DNA of 64,000 nt, taken from the NCBI GenBank assembly GCA_964419835.1, contig CAYQPT010000003.1:799-64798 (forward strand), in the 5' to 3' direction. Numbering within the stretch: the stretch's first letter is position 1; every line of letters starts with the position of its first letter. Of the stretch, positions 1 through 11,100 are shown in pieces. The position numbers and the translations under genes are program-made. Origin of the DNA: an uncultured Candidatus Saccharibacteria bacterium. GTDB lineage: Bacteria; Patescibacteriota; UBA1384; XYA2-FULL-43-10; 1-14-0-10-43-13. The notes under the pieces were generated by a model. It was not told where the DNA came from, did no database searches, and saw only the letters and a list, made by a program, of their open reading frames with translations.

Positions 1-156
1 TTCTTGATCTTTTTGTGGATGGAAGAAACTATGATAAAGATCCGATAACGGAGTCTGTCCGAAGTTATTATAAGAATGACGGATTGGAATTTATCTTTGA
101 CGGGACCGAGAATATCACCTACAATAAATAGTAGAACAATTGACTTAAGGAGGAAG

Positions 157-591
157 ATGAAGGCCGATTGGAAATCCCTATTATTTATAATAACTGTCGT
201 GGTCGTGGGAGCGCTGTTTTTTACATTTTTGTCAGGTCAAAAACAAAACAAACAAAGCGCTAGCAAAACAACCGCCGAGGGAAGTGTGGCAGGAGTAACT
301 ACCGTTAAAACTGATTTTGCAGATGAGCTGGCGAAAAATCTAAGAGACAAGGGAATGGTGTTGTACGGTTCCTATCAGAGTGAAGATTCAAAAGCGCAAA
401 AAGAGCTTTTCGGAGATTCGGCTCGGTATCTTGATTATGTTGAATGCGATGCAACGGGAGAAAATGCAAATCCGGACGAATGTGTCTCTCTGAAAGTCGA
501 GAGTTATCCTACTTGGATTTACCAGGGCAAATCTTATATTGGGGTCAAATCCTTAGCTGAATTAGCACAAATTATCGGATTTTCTGAGTAA
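157..591 (+). CDS. membrane-anchored thioredoxin-like protein whose CXXC redox motif is replaced by SEDS (the ORF extends upstream to 76)
   Basis: N-terminal TM helix (SLLFIITVVVVGALFF). The segment LYGSYQSEDSKAQKELFG...YVECD...YPTWIYQGKSY matches the VKOR-associated thioredoxin-like signature (FYGAxWCPHCxxQKxLFG...YPTW) but lacks the two cysteines. An AGGAGG lies just upstream of the ATG at 157. Confidence 0.55.
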   Translation: MKADWKSLLFIITVVVVGALFFTFLSGQKQNKQSASKTTAEGSVAGVTTVKTDFADELAKNLRDKGMVLYGSYQSEDSKAQKELFGDSARYLDYVECDATGENANPDECVSLKVESYPTWIYQGKSYIGVKSLAELAQIIGFSE

Positions 592-848
592 ACATGCTCT
601 TGGGCTGGGGATAACCCATTTACAAAATTTCTAATTCCTAATTTCTAATTCCTAATTCCCCGTAATTCGATTGTATAATTGTTAATACTAGACAACATAA
701 ATATAATTTTCACGAATAAAAATATTTTAAGGACGGATTTTTGAGATCAATTTTGCTTGACAAGCTCGCGTCGTGGCTAATAAAATGATTAAGTAAGGAA
801 TTTTAAATATTAAGAATTTAATTTTTTACGGGAGGAGGTGAAAAAAAT

Positions 849-992
849 ATGCAAGGATATTGTGTAAAATGCAAAGCTAAACAGGAAATCAAAGATGCCG
901 AAGCTGTAACAATGAAAAACGGCAAGCCAGCAACAAAGGGAAAATGCCCAGTTTGCGGTACAACCATGTTTAGAATCGGCAAAGCCGAGTAA
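849..992 (+). CDS. small CxxC...CxxC zinc-ribbon protein, 47 aa (DUF5679-like), absent from the ORF track because it is under 60 aa
   Basis: Translation MQGYCVKCKAKQEIKDAEAVTMKNGKPATKGKCPVCGTTMFRIGKAE. GGAGGAGGTG lies 8 nt upstream. A TTGACA-type promoter sits at about 757 and a GC hairpin plus T-run follows at 1030-1055. The annotated minus-strand ORF 810..1022 is probably spurious. Confidence 0.6.
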   Translation: MQGYCVKCKAKQEIKDAEAVTMKNGKPATKGKCPVCGTTMFRIGKAE

Positions 993-1095
993 TTGAAACA
1001 AAGTTTTTGTTTTTGAATACAAATAGAAATGTCCGGGTCGTTATGATCACGGGCATTTTTATTTAAATAAAATCACCGTTTGACATTTTTTTCAA

Positions 1096-1124
1096 TTGAA
1101 ATATTAACCGTTTTCCATTATAAT
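1096..1124 (+). promoter_or_regulatory. sigma70-like promoter TTGAAA-17 bp-TATAAT giving a near-leaderless transcript for the sugar transferase gene
   Basis: TTGAAA at 1096-1101, a 17 bp spacer, TATAAT at 1119-1124; the ATG lies at 1134. Confidence 0.45.
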
Positions 1125-1133
1125 TTAAGCCAT

Positions 1134-2558
1134 ATGAAAAAATCAGAGCTATTCTTCGCATTCATTCTGCTTCCGGTAGATATTGCTATGATTATCGCCT
1201 CGTTTATTTTGGCGTATTATTTGCGTATCCGTTGGGAAATTATGCCGGTTTTTTCCGACATTGGGATAAGAGAATATTTGCGATATTGTGCATATCTTAT
1301 GCCCGGATGGATCGCTCTACTTGCCCTAAATGGTCTTTACTATATAAAACCGGTGCGAAGTTTTTTTCGTGAAGCATATCGTATTGTAAATGCCTCCTCA
1401 ACGGCAATGATCTTTCTTGTAGTGGTAATATTTTTAACCAAGACCATGTTCTTCTCACGCCTTATCCTAGTTTTTACTTGGGTACTCAGTATTATTACGA
1501 TCATTTTTGGCAGGTCAATAATTCATTTTGTTCAATGGAATCTCCTGAAGTATGGAATTGGGCGGCGCAATGTAATTTTAGTCGGGGATAACCATGTCTC
1601 CGCCAATATTATATCGCATCTTTCCCAGAGCGGTAATCGTGAATATAAAGTTTGTGGTGTGGTTAACGGTGATTCAACAAATTCCAAATTCGGACTCAAA
1701 ATCTTAGGTTCAATTACTGAGATTGCTTCCAAGATAAAACAGTACAACATTGATGAGATTGTATTAACGGATGTCGGAATACCCAAGAATAAAATATTAG
1801 ATATTATTCAAATATGTTCAGATCATAAAGTTACTTTCAAGTATGTACCCGACAACTTCTCGCTTATGACGCTAAACATTTCTTCGGAGACAATTGGTTC
1901 GATGCCGGTTATGGAGCTAAAGCCGATTCCCCTTGACGGTTGGGGCCGAATTGTAAAAAGAATTATTGATGTAGTGTTTTCCTGTTTGTTTTTAACAGTG
2001 ATTTCACCTTTCATTGTTATAATTGCTATTCTGGAGAAAATCACCTCTGCCGGTCCGGTTTTTTACTGGCACGATCGGATTGGAAGAGACGGCAATAGAT
2101 TTAGATGCTACAAGTTCCGTTCCATGTACGCCAACAAATGTGATTACTCCAAGGGCGGCACCAAGTGGACAACGGCAAACGACGAATTAACCAGAATAAC
2201 TCCGCTTGGCCGGATACTTAGAAAAACAAACTTGGACGAAGTTCCGCAATTCTGGAATATTTTACGAGGAGACATGAGCTTTGTTGGTCCAAGGCCTGAG
2301 CAGCCAAAGCTAGTGGAGAGATTTGAAAGTGAAATTCCTGAATACTTCAGGCGTCACAGAGTGAAGGCGGGGCTGACTGGTTGGGCTCAGGTAAACGGTC
2401 TCAAAGGCGATACTTCTATAAAAGAGAGGGTTAGATACGACATCTTTTACATAGAAAACTGGTCTCTGTGGTTTGATATAAAAATACTAATTAAAACGGT
2501 TGGTTTAATAATTTATGAAGCATTTGGCGGAAAATCAGAATATCGCACTCGTTCATGA
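1134..2558 (+). CDS. polyprenyl-phosphate sugar phosphotransferase (bacterial sugar transferase, WbaP/EPS family)
   Basis: N-terminal TM helices. C-terminal domain with KRIIDVVFSCLFL...PVFYWHDRIGRDGNRFRCYKFRSM...LDEVPQFWNILRGDMSFVGPRPE, the hallmark of the bacterial sugar transferase family. Start at 1134 (MKKSEL) is preferred over the ORF start at 1080. Confidence 0.85.
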   Translation: MKKSELFFAFILLPVDIAMIIASFILAYYLRIRWEIMPVFSDIGIREYLRYCAYLMPGWIALLALNGLYYIKPVRSFFREAYRIVNASSTAMIFLVVVIFLTKTMFFSRLILVFTWVLSIITIIFGRSIIHFVQWNLLKYGIGRRNVILVGDNHVSANIISHLSQSGNREYKVCGVVNGDSTNSKFGLKILGSITEIASKIKQYNIDEIVLTDVGIPKNKILDIIQICSDHKVTFKYVPDNFSLMTLNISSETIGSMPVMELKPIPLDGWGRIVKRIIDVVFSCLFLTVISPFIVIIAILEKITSAGPVFYWHDRIGRDGNRFRCYKFRSMYANKCDYSKGGTKWTTANDELTRITPLGRILRKTNLDEVPQFWNILRGDMSFVGPRPEQPKLVERFESEIPEYFRRHRVKAGLTGWAQVNGLKGDTSIKERVRYDIFYIENWSLWFDIKILIKTVGLIIYEAFGGKSEYRTRS

Positions 2559-3630
2559 GTGGCTGACTAATGTAGCCGGCTCAGAGAGGGTTTTACTGGC
2601 GTTAAAGGAGATCTATAAAGATGCTCCCATTTTCACATCTGTCTTTGAGCCAAAAAAATCCCCTCCTTTTCAAGCATTTAATGTTACCACCTCATTTTTA
2701 CAGAAAATCCCATTTATGAAGTCAAAGCGGGAGCTTTTAATCCCTTTTACTCCATTTGCTTTTGAACAATTTAACCTATCAAAATACAATCTAGTTATTT
2801 CAAATACTTCTATGGCTGCAAAAGGTGTGATTACTAAGCCCGAATGTATTCATATTTCATATTGTAACACTCCCCCAAGGTATTTATGGGAGATGAATGT
2901 GGATCCTCGTGCAAGCAAGGGGAGATTTTCATTTTTACGCAAAAATATAATTCATAAAATGCGGCTGTGGGATCGTGTGGCTGCAGACAGGGTTGATTAT
3001 TTTCTTGCAAACTCTAAATACATAGCTAATCGTATTAAAAAGTATTACAAGAGAGATTCTATTGTTGTGTATCCTCCGGTTAATGTGGAAAATTTTTATG
3101 TGGCCGAAAAGAAAGACATCAAAGATTATTATTTGTTTGTAAGCCGTCTAATTAATTATAAAAAATGTGATCTTGTTATTGATGCGTTTAATGACTTAAA
3201 GCTGCCGTTAAAAATTATTGGAACTGGTCCGGATGAACAGTTATTAAAGAAGAGAGCGAAGAGCAATATTGAGTTTCTCGGATTTATCTCAGACGAAAGT
3301 ATGAAAAAGTATTATGCTGAGGCAAAAGCTTTTATATTTCCCGCGGAAGAAGATTTCGGGATTGTACCGGTTGAAGCAATGTCAGCCGGTAGACCGGTGA
3401 TTGCGTTTCAAAATGGCGGAGCCGCAGAAACTGTTGTAGAGGGAGTAACCGGAACATTTTTTGCCGAACAAACTCCGCAATGTTTAATAGATGCTGTTAA
3501 AAATTTTGATCCGGAAAAATTTAATTCCGAAACAATACGTCGTCATGCTGAAAAGTTCTCTCTCGAACGATTCAAGAAAGAATTTAAAGAAACGGTGGAA
3601 AATATTATTAAAAACCACAGGGCAAGCTAG
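2515..3630 (+). CDS. glycosyltransferase family 4 (GT4)
   Basis: IALVHEWL N-terminus and the EEDFGIVPVEAMSAGRPVIAFQNGGAAETV motif (EX7E region). It overlaps the upstream gene by 44 nt. Confidence 0.85.
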   Translation: MKHLAENQNIALVHEWLTNVAGSERVLLALKEIYKDAPIFTSVFEPKKSPPFQAFNVTTSFLQKIPFMKSKRELLIPFTPFAFEQFNLSKYNLVISNTSMAAKGVITKPECIHISYCNTPPRYLWEMNVDPRASKGRFSFLRKNIIHKMRLWDRVAADRVDYFLANSKYIANRIKKYYKRDSIVVYPPVNVENFYVAEKKDIKDYYLFVSRLINYKKCDLVIDAFNDLKLPLKIIGTGPDEQLLKKRAKSNIEFLGFISDESMKKYYAEAKAFIFPAEEDFGIVPVEAMSAGRPVIAFQNGGAAETVVEGVTGTFFAEQTPQCLIDAVKNFDPEKFNSETIRRHAEKFSLERFKKEFKETVENIIKNHRAS

Positions 3631-3733
3631 TAAGCAAGTAAGTGCATAAGCAGGTCAGTAATATTAATAGTAAATATTCCGATTAACTAAAAACTAACTA
3701 CTATTAACCAATAACTAAATTTCCGGAGGGGAA

Positions 3734-5845
3734 TTGCCCAAGTTTGACGATATAAAAAAGAAGAGAGATTTTGACACCTCAAAATACGACAACTTTGATC
3801 CGGCTGATCCGGAAAATTTTAGCGAACCCAGCTATTCTGTTCCACATCTCCCATATTCAAAGATAACAAATTCCGGCCGGAGCTTAGCTAAAAAGATAAG
3901 GCATCAGAAAGTTAATTTTGGACTAAACTTTTCGTGGCGGGCACTACTTATTTTAATTTCCATTCTCTCTATTTCGGCTTTCGGATTGGTCAGGGGTACG
4001 GCAGCAAAAAATAATCTGGACAGATTGACCGTGGACGCAAAGGGTCATTTAAACGAATCTTTTTCTTTGATTGAAGCGGGTGATCTGTCAAGCGCGATGT
4101 TGGAAGCGGATCAGGCAAAGGAGGATCTCTTAAAAATTAAATTGCTAGCCCAATCATGGGGGCAGGACATTGTGTATCTGCGGCTTGCTTCAGCCAGTAA
4201 TTCAAAAATGGTGGCAAGCGAACGGCTTCTGGATGCCTCATACAGTGTGATAAATATAATTTCAGAAATCAATAAACAGTTTTCAAAAATGTCATTTGAC
4301 GGCAGCACTGGAACTACGGAGAAAGGGTCGATTTTTTTCAATATTAAAGAGAATCAGAAGATATTAATAAAAGCAATTGACGATGGAGAGAACCGGCTCG
4401 CAAAGGCGAAAGATGAATTATTGTCAGCTAAAAAAGGGCTGGACAAAGACTCTGGTTTGGAAGTTGATAATGCAATTTCTGCAATTGATGATGCGCTCCA
4501 GAAAATTGGTGATTCAAAAATAATTTTTGACAAGGATTTGACTTGGCTATCGGGGGCTGACGGACAAGAGAAAAATATTTTGATTATTTTTCAGAACAAT
4601 GCCGAGCTCCGAGGTGCGAGCGGAGGGTCTCTTGGCTCATTTGGAATTGCAAAATTTAAAGACGGTAATTTAACCGGTGTAGATTTCGGCACAAATATTT
4701 ACAAATTGGATCATGCCTTTTTAGCAAAGCAAAAAATACCAGTGCCCGATCAATTAAACTGGATTGTTCAGGATGGGCTTGGGATGAAGGATTCAGGATG
4801 GGATATTGATGGACCAGCGGCAATGGAGAAAATAATGTGGTTCTATGAGCAAGAGACAGGCAATCAGATTGATGGAACAATAATGTTGGACAGCTCCGCT
4901 TTTGTATCGCTTTTAATGGAAGTAGGACCTATTGATATAGCGGAAATGGGTAAAACTATAAATGCTTCCAATTTTAGAAGTGAGATAGAGTACGAGGTTC
5001 ATAAGGGATATTTTGAAAGCACTGAAAATATGACTGAAAACGAACCAAAGAAAATCTTGGCAGTAATGATGCCTAAATTTACTGATAAACTTTTCAGTTC
5101 GTTAAAAGATAAAAATACTTCGCCTGCTATCTTGTCATCCCTATCAAAATCGCTTAAGCAGAAAGATATAACCTTATATTTTAAAAATACGGATTTTGAA
5201 AACCGGCTTAAAAATTTAAATTACTCGGCAGCTATAAATTCGGCGTTGGGGGATTATTTTTACATCACAAATTCTAATATTGATGGAGCTAAAAGCAGTC
5301 ATGCTGTCCAAGAAACTGTAAAGCTGGATGCAATAATTTCTGATTCCGGTAATATTAAAAATACTCTCATTTTAACCAGAAAGCACAATGGAAGTAACGA
5401 TTGGCCCGATGGGATGAATAAAAATTTTGTCCGGCTTGCACTGCCTGAAAACTCCAAAATTGAGAACTTTAATCCAGTTGAGGGTTATTTCGAGCAGTTC
5501 TTTGACAGAGGACTGAAGGATGGCAAACCATTTTGGTTAACCTCTGAATTTGGCAGAAATATTTTGAACTTCTGGATGACTACGAAGCCACAAGAAGAAA
5601 GTAAGGTGGAAATTAGCTACTCTTCGGACTATTCAGTTAATACTGGTGGAGACTTTTATTATGCTATAAACTTTCAGAAACAAACAGGTGCTCCAATAGA
5701 TGATATTGAGCTAACACTTAATTATCCAAATGGATTTACTCCGGAAAATGTGAAAAATTATGATGATTCTAAAAATCAAATTATACTTAAGTTTAAACTC
5801 GATCAAGACAAAATGATAAAAATCCGGTTTAAAAAAAGCTCATAA
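3734..5845 (+). CDS. DUF4012 domain membrane-anchored extracytoplasmic protein
   Basis: N-terminal TM anchor followed by a large domain. The IFQNNAELRGASGGSLGSFGIAKFKDGNL motif is typical of DUF4012. TTG start with a GGAGGG upstream. Confidence 0.65.
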   Translation: MPKFDDIKKKRDFDTSKYDNFDPADPENFSEPSYSVPHLPYSKITNSGRSLAKKIRHQKVNFGLNFSWRALLILISILSISAFGLVRGTAAKNNLDRLTVDAKGHLNESFSLIEAGDLSSAMLEADQAKEDLLKIKLLAQSWGQDIVYLRLASASNSKMVASERLLDASYSVINIISEINKQFSKMSFDGSTGTTEKGSIFFNIKENQKILIKAIDDGENRLAKAKDELLSAKKGLDKDSGLEVDNAISAIDDALQKIGDSKIIFDKDLTWLSGADGQEKNILIIFQNNAELRGASGGSLGSFGIAKFKDGNLTGVDFGTNIYKLDHAFLAKQKIPVPDQLNWIVQDGLGMKDSGWDIDGPAAMEKIMWFYEQETGNQIDGTIMLDSSAFVSLLMEVGPIDIAEMGKTINASNFRSEIEYEVHKGYFESTENMTENEPKKILAVMMPKFTDKLFSSLKDKNTSPAILSSLSKSLKQKDITLYFKNTDFENRLKNLNYSAAINSALGDYFYITNSNIDGAKSSHAVQETVKLDAIISDSGNIKNTLILTRKHNGSNDWPDGMNKNFVRLALPENSKIENFNPVEGYFEQFFDRGLKDGKPFWLTSEFGRNILNFWMTTKPQEESKVEISYSSDYSVNTGGDFYYAINFQKQTGAPIDDIELTLNYPNGFTPENVKNYDDSKNQIILKFKLDQDKMIKIRFKKSS

Positions 5846-5995
5846 AATTAATAAAACTGCTTGAAGAGGGCAGATAAGAGTGATACAATACATTTAGATT
5901 ATCGATCACCAAAATTAACATATTTTGCTAATTTTGTTTGTTACCGCTAAATTTTAGTTATGAGCATATCTAACAAGTCCCAAGGAGAGAAAATA

Positions 5996-8083
5996 ATGGA
6001 AGAAATCAAAAAAGCGGCTGCAACTGACACTTATGACGCATCGAAAATTACCGTTCTAGAAGGACTTGCGCCCGTAAGAAAAAGGCCGGGTATGTATATT
6101 GGTGGAACGGGGCTAGATGGACTTCACCACTTGGTTTGGGAAATCGTTGACAACGCTGTTGACGAAGCTATGGCTGGGTTTTGCGACAAAATCATCATAA
6201 TTCTTCATAGAGATGGTTCGGTTTCGGTTGATGATAATGGACGAGGTATTCCGGTCGACAAACATAAAGTAACGGGTAAATCAGCGCTTGAAACAATTCT
6301 AACAACACTACATGCCGGCGGTAAATTTGGGGACGACGGCTATAAAGTTTCAGGCGGTTTGCATGGTGTGGGCGCATCTGTTGTTAACGCTCTTTCTGTC
6401 TGGGTCAAAGCCGAAGTTAAGAAGAATGGCAAGCTATATTTTCAAGAGTACGACAAGGGTGTTGCAAAAGCCGAAATCAAAGCAATTGGCGATGCAACCA
6501 CAACTGGAACTAAAATCACTTTCTTGCCTGATCCTGAAATATTTAAAAATACAACATTCTCGTATAAAACTATTTTGAATCATTGCCGCCAGCAGGCGTA
6601 TTTAACCAAGGCAGTAATGCTTACTGTGATTGATGAACGCGAAGAGGGTGAAATTAAAAAAGAGATTGTTGAGGAAGACAGAGAAAATATCCCTGATGAG
6701 GATAATGAAGAGAGCGAAGATGATAAAAATATGCGTACCGGACGAGGTTCTTTGGGGGAAGAAGAGGCAGATCCGTCAACTGACGGAGAAAAAATCGGGC
6801 ACCAGCAATATTCATTCTACTTTGAAGGTGGTATTGCATCCTATGTCCGGCACATCAATAAAAACCGCGATGTAATAAACGATCCTCCAATGTATGTGGA
6901 AAAAGAAATGAATGATGTGGTGGTCGAGCTATCCTTAGCTTACACCGATGATTTTAAAGAGCATCTTCACTCTTTTGCCAACAATATTAATACCGCTGAA
7001 GGCGGAACTCACTTAACCGGTTTTAGAACTGCATTGACACGGGCGATTAATGATTACGCAAAGAAACACAATCTTTTGATCAAGGGAGTTGGCTTGACCG
7101 GTGAGGATGTCCGCGAGGGATTGACCTGTGTCTTATCAGTAAAATTATCCGACCCGCAATTTGAAGGTCAGACCAAGGCGAAACTTGGCAATACTGAAGT
7201 CAGGACAATTGTTGATTCCGTTAGTGCTACTGCTTTAACCAATTATTTTGATGAAAATCCGGTTGAAGCCAAGAAGATTATTGAAAAATGTTCTCTTTCA
7301 GCTAGGGCAAGAATGGCGGCGCGGGCAGCCAGAGATACTATTATTAGAAAAGGCGCGCTTGAGGGGATGACTCTTCCAGGCAAGCTTGCAGACTGTTCGT
7401 CCAAAGATTCAAAACGGACCGAGATATATATTGTTGAGGGAGATTCCGCCGGTGGTTCTGCTAAGCAGGGACGCGACCGTAATTTTCAAGCTATTCTACC
7501 TCTCCGCGGTAAAATTTTAAATGTTGAAAGGGCACGGCTTGACCGGATGCTCACTTCCGATGAAATTAAAGCTCTAATTGTCGCCATGGGAGTTGGTGTC
7601 GGCGAAGAAATCAACTATGCAAAGCTTCGGTATGACAGAATCATAATAATGACTGATGCTGATGTTGATGGCGCCCATATTAGAACGCTTCTTCTCACAT
7701 TCTTCTTTAGAAATTTTCCAGATCTAATCGAAAAAGGTCATATTTATATTGCTCAGCCACCGCTTTTCTCCGTGCAAAAGGGCAAGGAAAAACATTGGGT
7801 ATACACTGACGCTGAAAGGGATGCGGTTGTTAAAAAAATTAAAGGCAATAAAGACGAGGTCTCCGGAATTATGATCCAGCGATTTAAAGGTTTGGGCGAA
7901 ATGAATCCTACTCAATTATGGGATACTACCATGAATCCGGAAAACCGCATTTTGCTTCAAGTTGCTACTGGAGACGCTGAGAAAGCGGACGAAACTTTTT
8001 CAATGTTGATGGGCGACCAAGTTGCACCGCGCAAAAAATTTATCCAAACACGGGCAAAGAGTGTGAAGAATCTGGACACATAA
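5996..8083 (+). CDS. gyrB: DNA gyrase subunit B
   Basis: GHKL ATPase, TOPRIM and tail motifs (LEGLAPVRKRPGMYIG, EGDSAGGSAKQGRDR, PLRGKILNVE, IMTDADVDGAHI). AGGAGA lies 8 nt before the ATG at 5996. An in-frame ATG at 5960 has no SD. An acidic insertion of about 45 aa lies in the ATPase-to-transducer region (see the gyrase finding). Confidence 0.93.
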   Translation: MEEIKKAAATDTYDASKITVLEGLAPVRKRPGMYIGGTGLDGLHHLVWEIVDNAVDEAMAGFCDKIIIILHRDGSVSVDDNGRGIPVDKHKVTGKSALETILTTLHAGGKFGDDGYKVSGGLHGVGASVVNALSVWVKAEVKKNGKLYFQEYDKGVAKAEIKAIGDATTTGTKITFLPDPEIFKNTTFSYKTILNHCRQQAYLTKAVMLTVIDEREEGEIKKEIVEEDRENIPDEDNEESEDDKNMRTGRGSLGEEEADPSTDGEKIGHQQYSFYFEGGIASYVRHINKNRDVINDPPMYVEKEMNDVVVELSLAYTDDFKEHLHSFANNINTAEGGTHLTGFRTALTRAINDYAKKHNLLIKGVGLTGEDVREGLTCVLSVKLSDPQFEGQTKAKLGNTEVRTIVDSVSATALTNYFDENPVEAKKIIEKCSLSARARMAARAARDTIIRKGALEGMTLPGKLADCSSKDSKRTEIYIVEGDSAGGSAKQGRDRNFQAILPLRGKILNVERARLDRMLTSDEIKALIVAMGVGVGEEINYAKLRYDRIIIMTDADVDGAHIRTLLLTFFFRNFPDLIEKGHIYIAQPPLFSVQKGKEKHWVYTDAERDAVVKKIKGNKDEVSGIMIQRFKGLGEMNPTQLWDTTMNPENRILLQVATGDAEKADETFSMLMGDQVAPRKKFIQTRAKSVKNLDT

Positions 8084-8191
8084 CATTTATCAATTACCAG
8101 TTATCAATTTCCATTCATTTATCATTGAAAATCTACGTGACTAAATGATCAATGGAAAATGAGCAATGAGCAATAATTCACGAGGATAGAT

Positions 8192-11100
8192 ATGGACGAC
8201 AATAACATTGACGAAAACGAAATAATTCCTACAGAAGATTCTGAACAATCAAAAGAGGTTGGATCAGAAGAAGTTTCTGAAAATCCGGCGGATGATGCTG
8301 AGATCATCGAAGAAGTATCAGTTTCTCCTGTGGTTGCAGATAGAGATTCAGGGTCTCCTACCAGCGATCTTATGAGAAACAATACTGTAGAAGAAGATAT
8401 GTTTGTTCCGGAGGTCGGTAATCTGGTTCGCCGTGATCTTACAGTTGAGATGGAAACTTCATACCTAGACTATGCCATGAGCGTCATTGTTTCGCGTGCT
8501 CTTCCGGATGTTAGAGATGGTCTAAAGCCGGTTCATAGACGCGTTCTTTACGCTATGCATGCGACAGGGCTTCATCATTCCTCAAAATACCGTAAATCCG
8601 CCAAAGTTGTAGGTGAGGTTATTGGTAACTACCATCCACATGGTGATGTGGCAGCTTATGATACTTTAGTCCGCTTGGCTCAGGATTTCTCAATGCGTTA
8701 TCCCTTGGTTGACGGTCAGGGAAACTTTGGTTCAATGGATGGCGACTCTGCCGCTGCTATGCGATACACAGAATGTCGAATGTCCTCAATTGCTGAAGAA
8801 ATGGTTGCTGATATAGATAAAGATACCGTTGACTGGCAGGATAACTATGATGGCTCAACGCAAGAGCCGATCGTAATGCCGGCCAGAGTGCCGCAGCTTC
8901 TCCTAAACGGTACTATGGGTATTGCCGTTGGTATGGCAACAAACATTCCGCCTCACAATTTAGGAGAACTTTGCAATGGAATCGGTGCCTTGATTGATAA
9001 TCCTGAAGTTACTGTCGAGGACTTAATGGAGCACATTAAGGGTCCGGATTTTCCTACTGGAGGCGTTATTTACAATAATGAAGATATCAAGATGGCCTAT
9101 GCTACTGGTAAGGGCCGTATTATGATGCGGGCAAAGGCAGATATTGAAGAGGGAAAGCGTGGATTCAAGATTGTAATTACAGAGATTCCATATCAGGTTA
9201 ACAAAGCGACTATGATTGAAAAGATTGCCGATCTTGTGAAGGAAAAGAAAATTGACGGCATTTCAGATCTACGGGATGAATCCGACCGTCACGGTGTTCG
9301 GGTTGTAATCGAGCTTAAAGCTAATTCGTATCCGAAGAAAGTTCTAAACCGCCTTTTCGAATTGACCCAGATGCAGACGGCTTTCCATGTTAACATGCTC
9401 GCCTTAACTCCAGATCTTGAACCGGTCGTGATGACATTAAAAGATGTTCTCTCATATTATATTGAACATAGAAAGAATGTTATTGAGCGGCGAAGTCGAT
9501 ATGAACTAAAGAAGGCAAAAGACCGCGCTCACATACTGGAAGGGCTCCGGATCGCGCTTGATAATATAGATGAAGTAATCAACACTATCCGAGCTTCTGC
9601 AAACAGGGATGAAGCTAAAAAGAATTTAATTGCCAAATTTAAACTCTCAGAGCTCCAAGCTGATGCGATTTTAGATATGCGTCTTTCTGCTTTGGCAGCG
9701 TTGGAGCGAAAAAAGATTGAAGATGAATATGACGAAATTATGAAACGGATTGCCTACTTGGAAGATCTTCTGGCGCATCCGGAAAAAATTCTTTCTCTCA
9801 TCAAGACAGACCTAAAAGAAGTTGCTGATAAATATGGTGATGACAGAAGAACAGCCATTGTCCCTGGTGCTCTTGGTAGCTTCAATGCCGAAGATTTAAT
9901 TCCTGACCAGAAAGTGATTGTCGCATTTTCACGAAGCAATTACATTAAGCGTCAAGAGATTGAAACTTACCGAAAGCAGACAAGAGGCGGCTTCGGTGTT
10001 GTTGGCATGACAACAAAAGAAGAAGACATCGTCGATAATTTGGCTTGTGCCAGTACGCATGATGACATATATTTCTTCTCCAACAAAGGCCGCGTCTTTA
10101 AGAGTAAGGTTTACGAATTACCGGCATCTTCTAGGCAATCTAAAGGCACACCTATCGTAAACATTGTTCAAATCTCCCAAGATGAGAAAGTGACTGCAAT
10201 TTTGACCGTGCCGAAGACAAATAAGAGTAAATTCTTCATTATGGGCACTAAGAATGGACAGATTAAAAAGACTGAAATAGAAAAGTATGAAAATATAAGA
10301 AAAACCGGAATAATCGCTGTTGGACTAAAAGGCGATGACGAGCTAAAATGGGTTAAGATGTCAGGCGGTAAAGACATAATTGTTGAGGTTTCAGTAAAAG
10401 GACAGGCAATTTGCTATCCAGAAACAGATGTCCGTCCAATGGGCAGAAGCGCTTCAGGGGTTACTGGAATGCGTCTGCGTAAGTCTGATCAGGTAATGTC
10501 AATGGACATCGTTCCAGGTGAAATGGCCGGATTTGATAAGCCGACGAATTTCCGCGGGCCCGATATGCTGATTGTTCTTGAGAACGGTTTTGGCAAGCGA
10601 ACAATGCTGAGGAATTTTCACCTCCAAAAACGTGGTGGTATGGGTATTCGCGCTGCAAACTGTACACCGAAGACCGGTAATGTAATTGGCATGCATATTA
10701 CGTACACAGACTTGGGTGATGTTATTCTGGCATCTCAAAAGGGACAATTTATTAGAATGGAACTGGCCAAGATTAAGCGCTTAGGAAGAGATACTCAGGG
10801 AGTAACTCTAATGAAACTACGCGCTGACGATAAAGTTTCATCAGTTGCTCTTATCTTGCCTGACGAAGAAGAAGTGGTGCAGAATGAAATTCCTCTAGAT
10901 TTAAACTCCCCTAAAGCCCCAGAAGAGAAGACGGTAAGGGACAACGGATCTGCAAAATTAGAAAAAACAGAGAAGAAAATAGCAATTAAAGAAAAAAATG
11001 TTTCAAATAAGCCCGATAAAAAAGTAATACAAAGTATGACAAAAGATATTCCAACCAAAGACAAAAAGGAAAATGAGACTGAATCTAAATTCAAAGTCAA

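Noticed and set aside
810-1022. Minus-strand 70 aa ORF from the track
   Set aside because: The opposite strand encodes a well-formed 47 aa zinc-ribbon protein with a strong SD (849-992). The minus-strand ORF has no SD and odd composition.
1030-1056. Possible terminator after the small zinc-ribbon gene (GTCCGGGTCGTTATGATCACGGGCATTTTT)
   Set aside because: The stem is imperfect (only CCG/CGG plus the TGATCA palindrome). Kept out of the feature list; mentioned only as weak evidence in the zinc-ribbon gene's entry.
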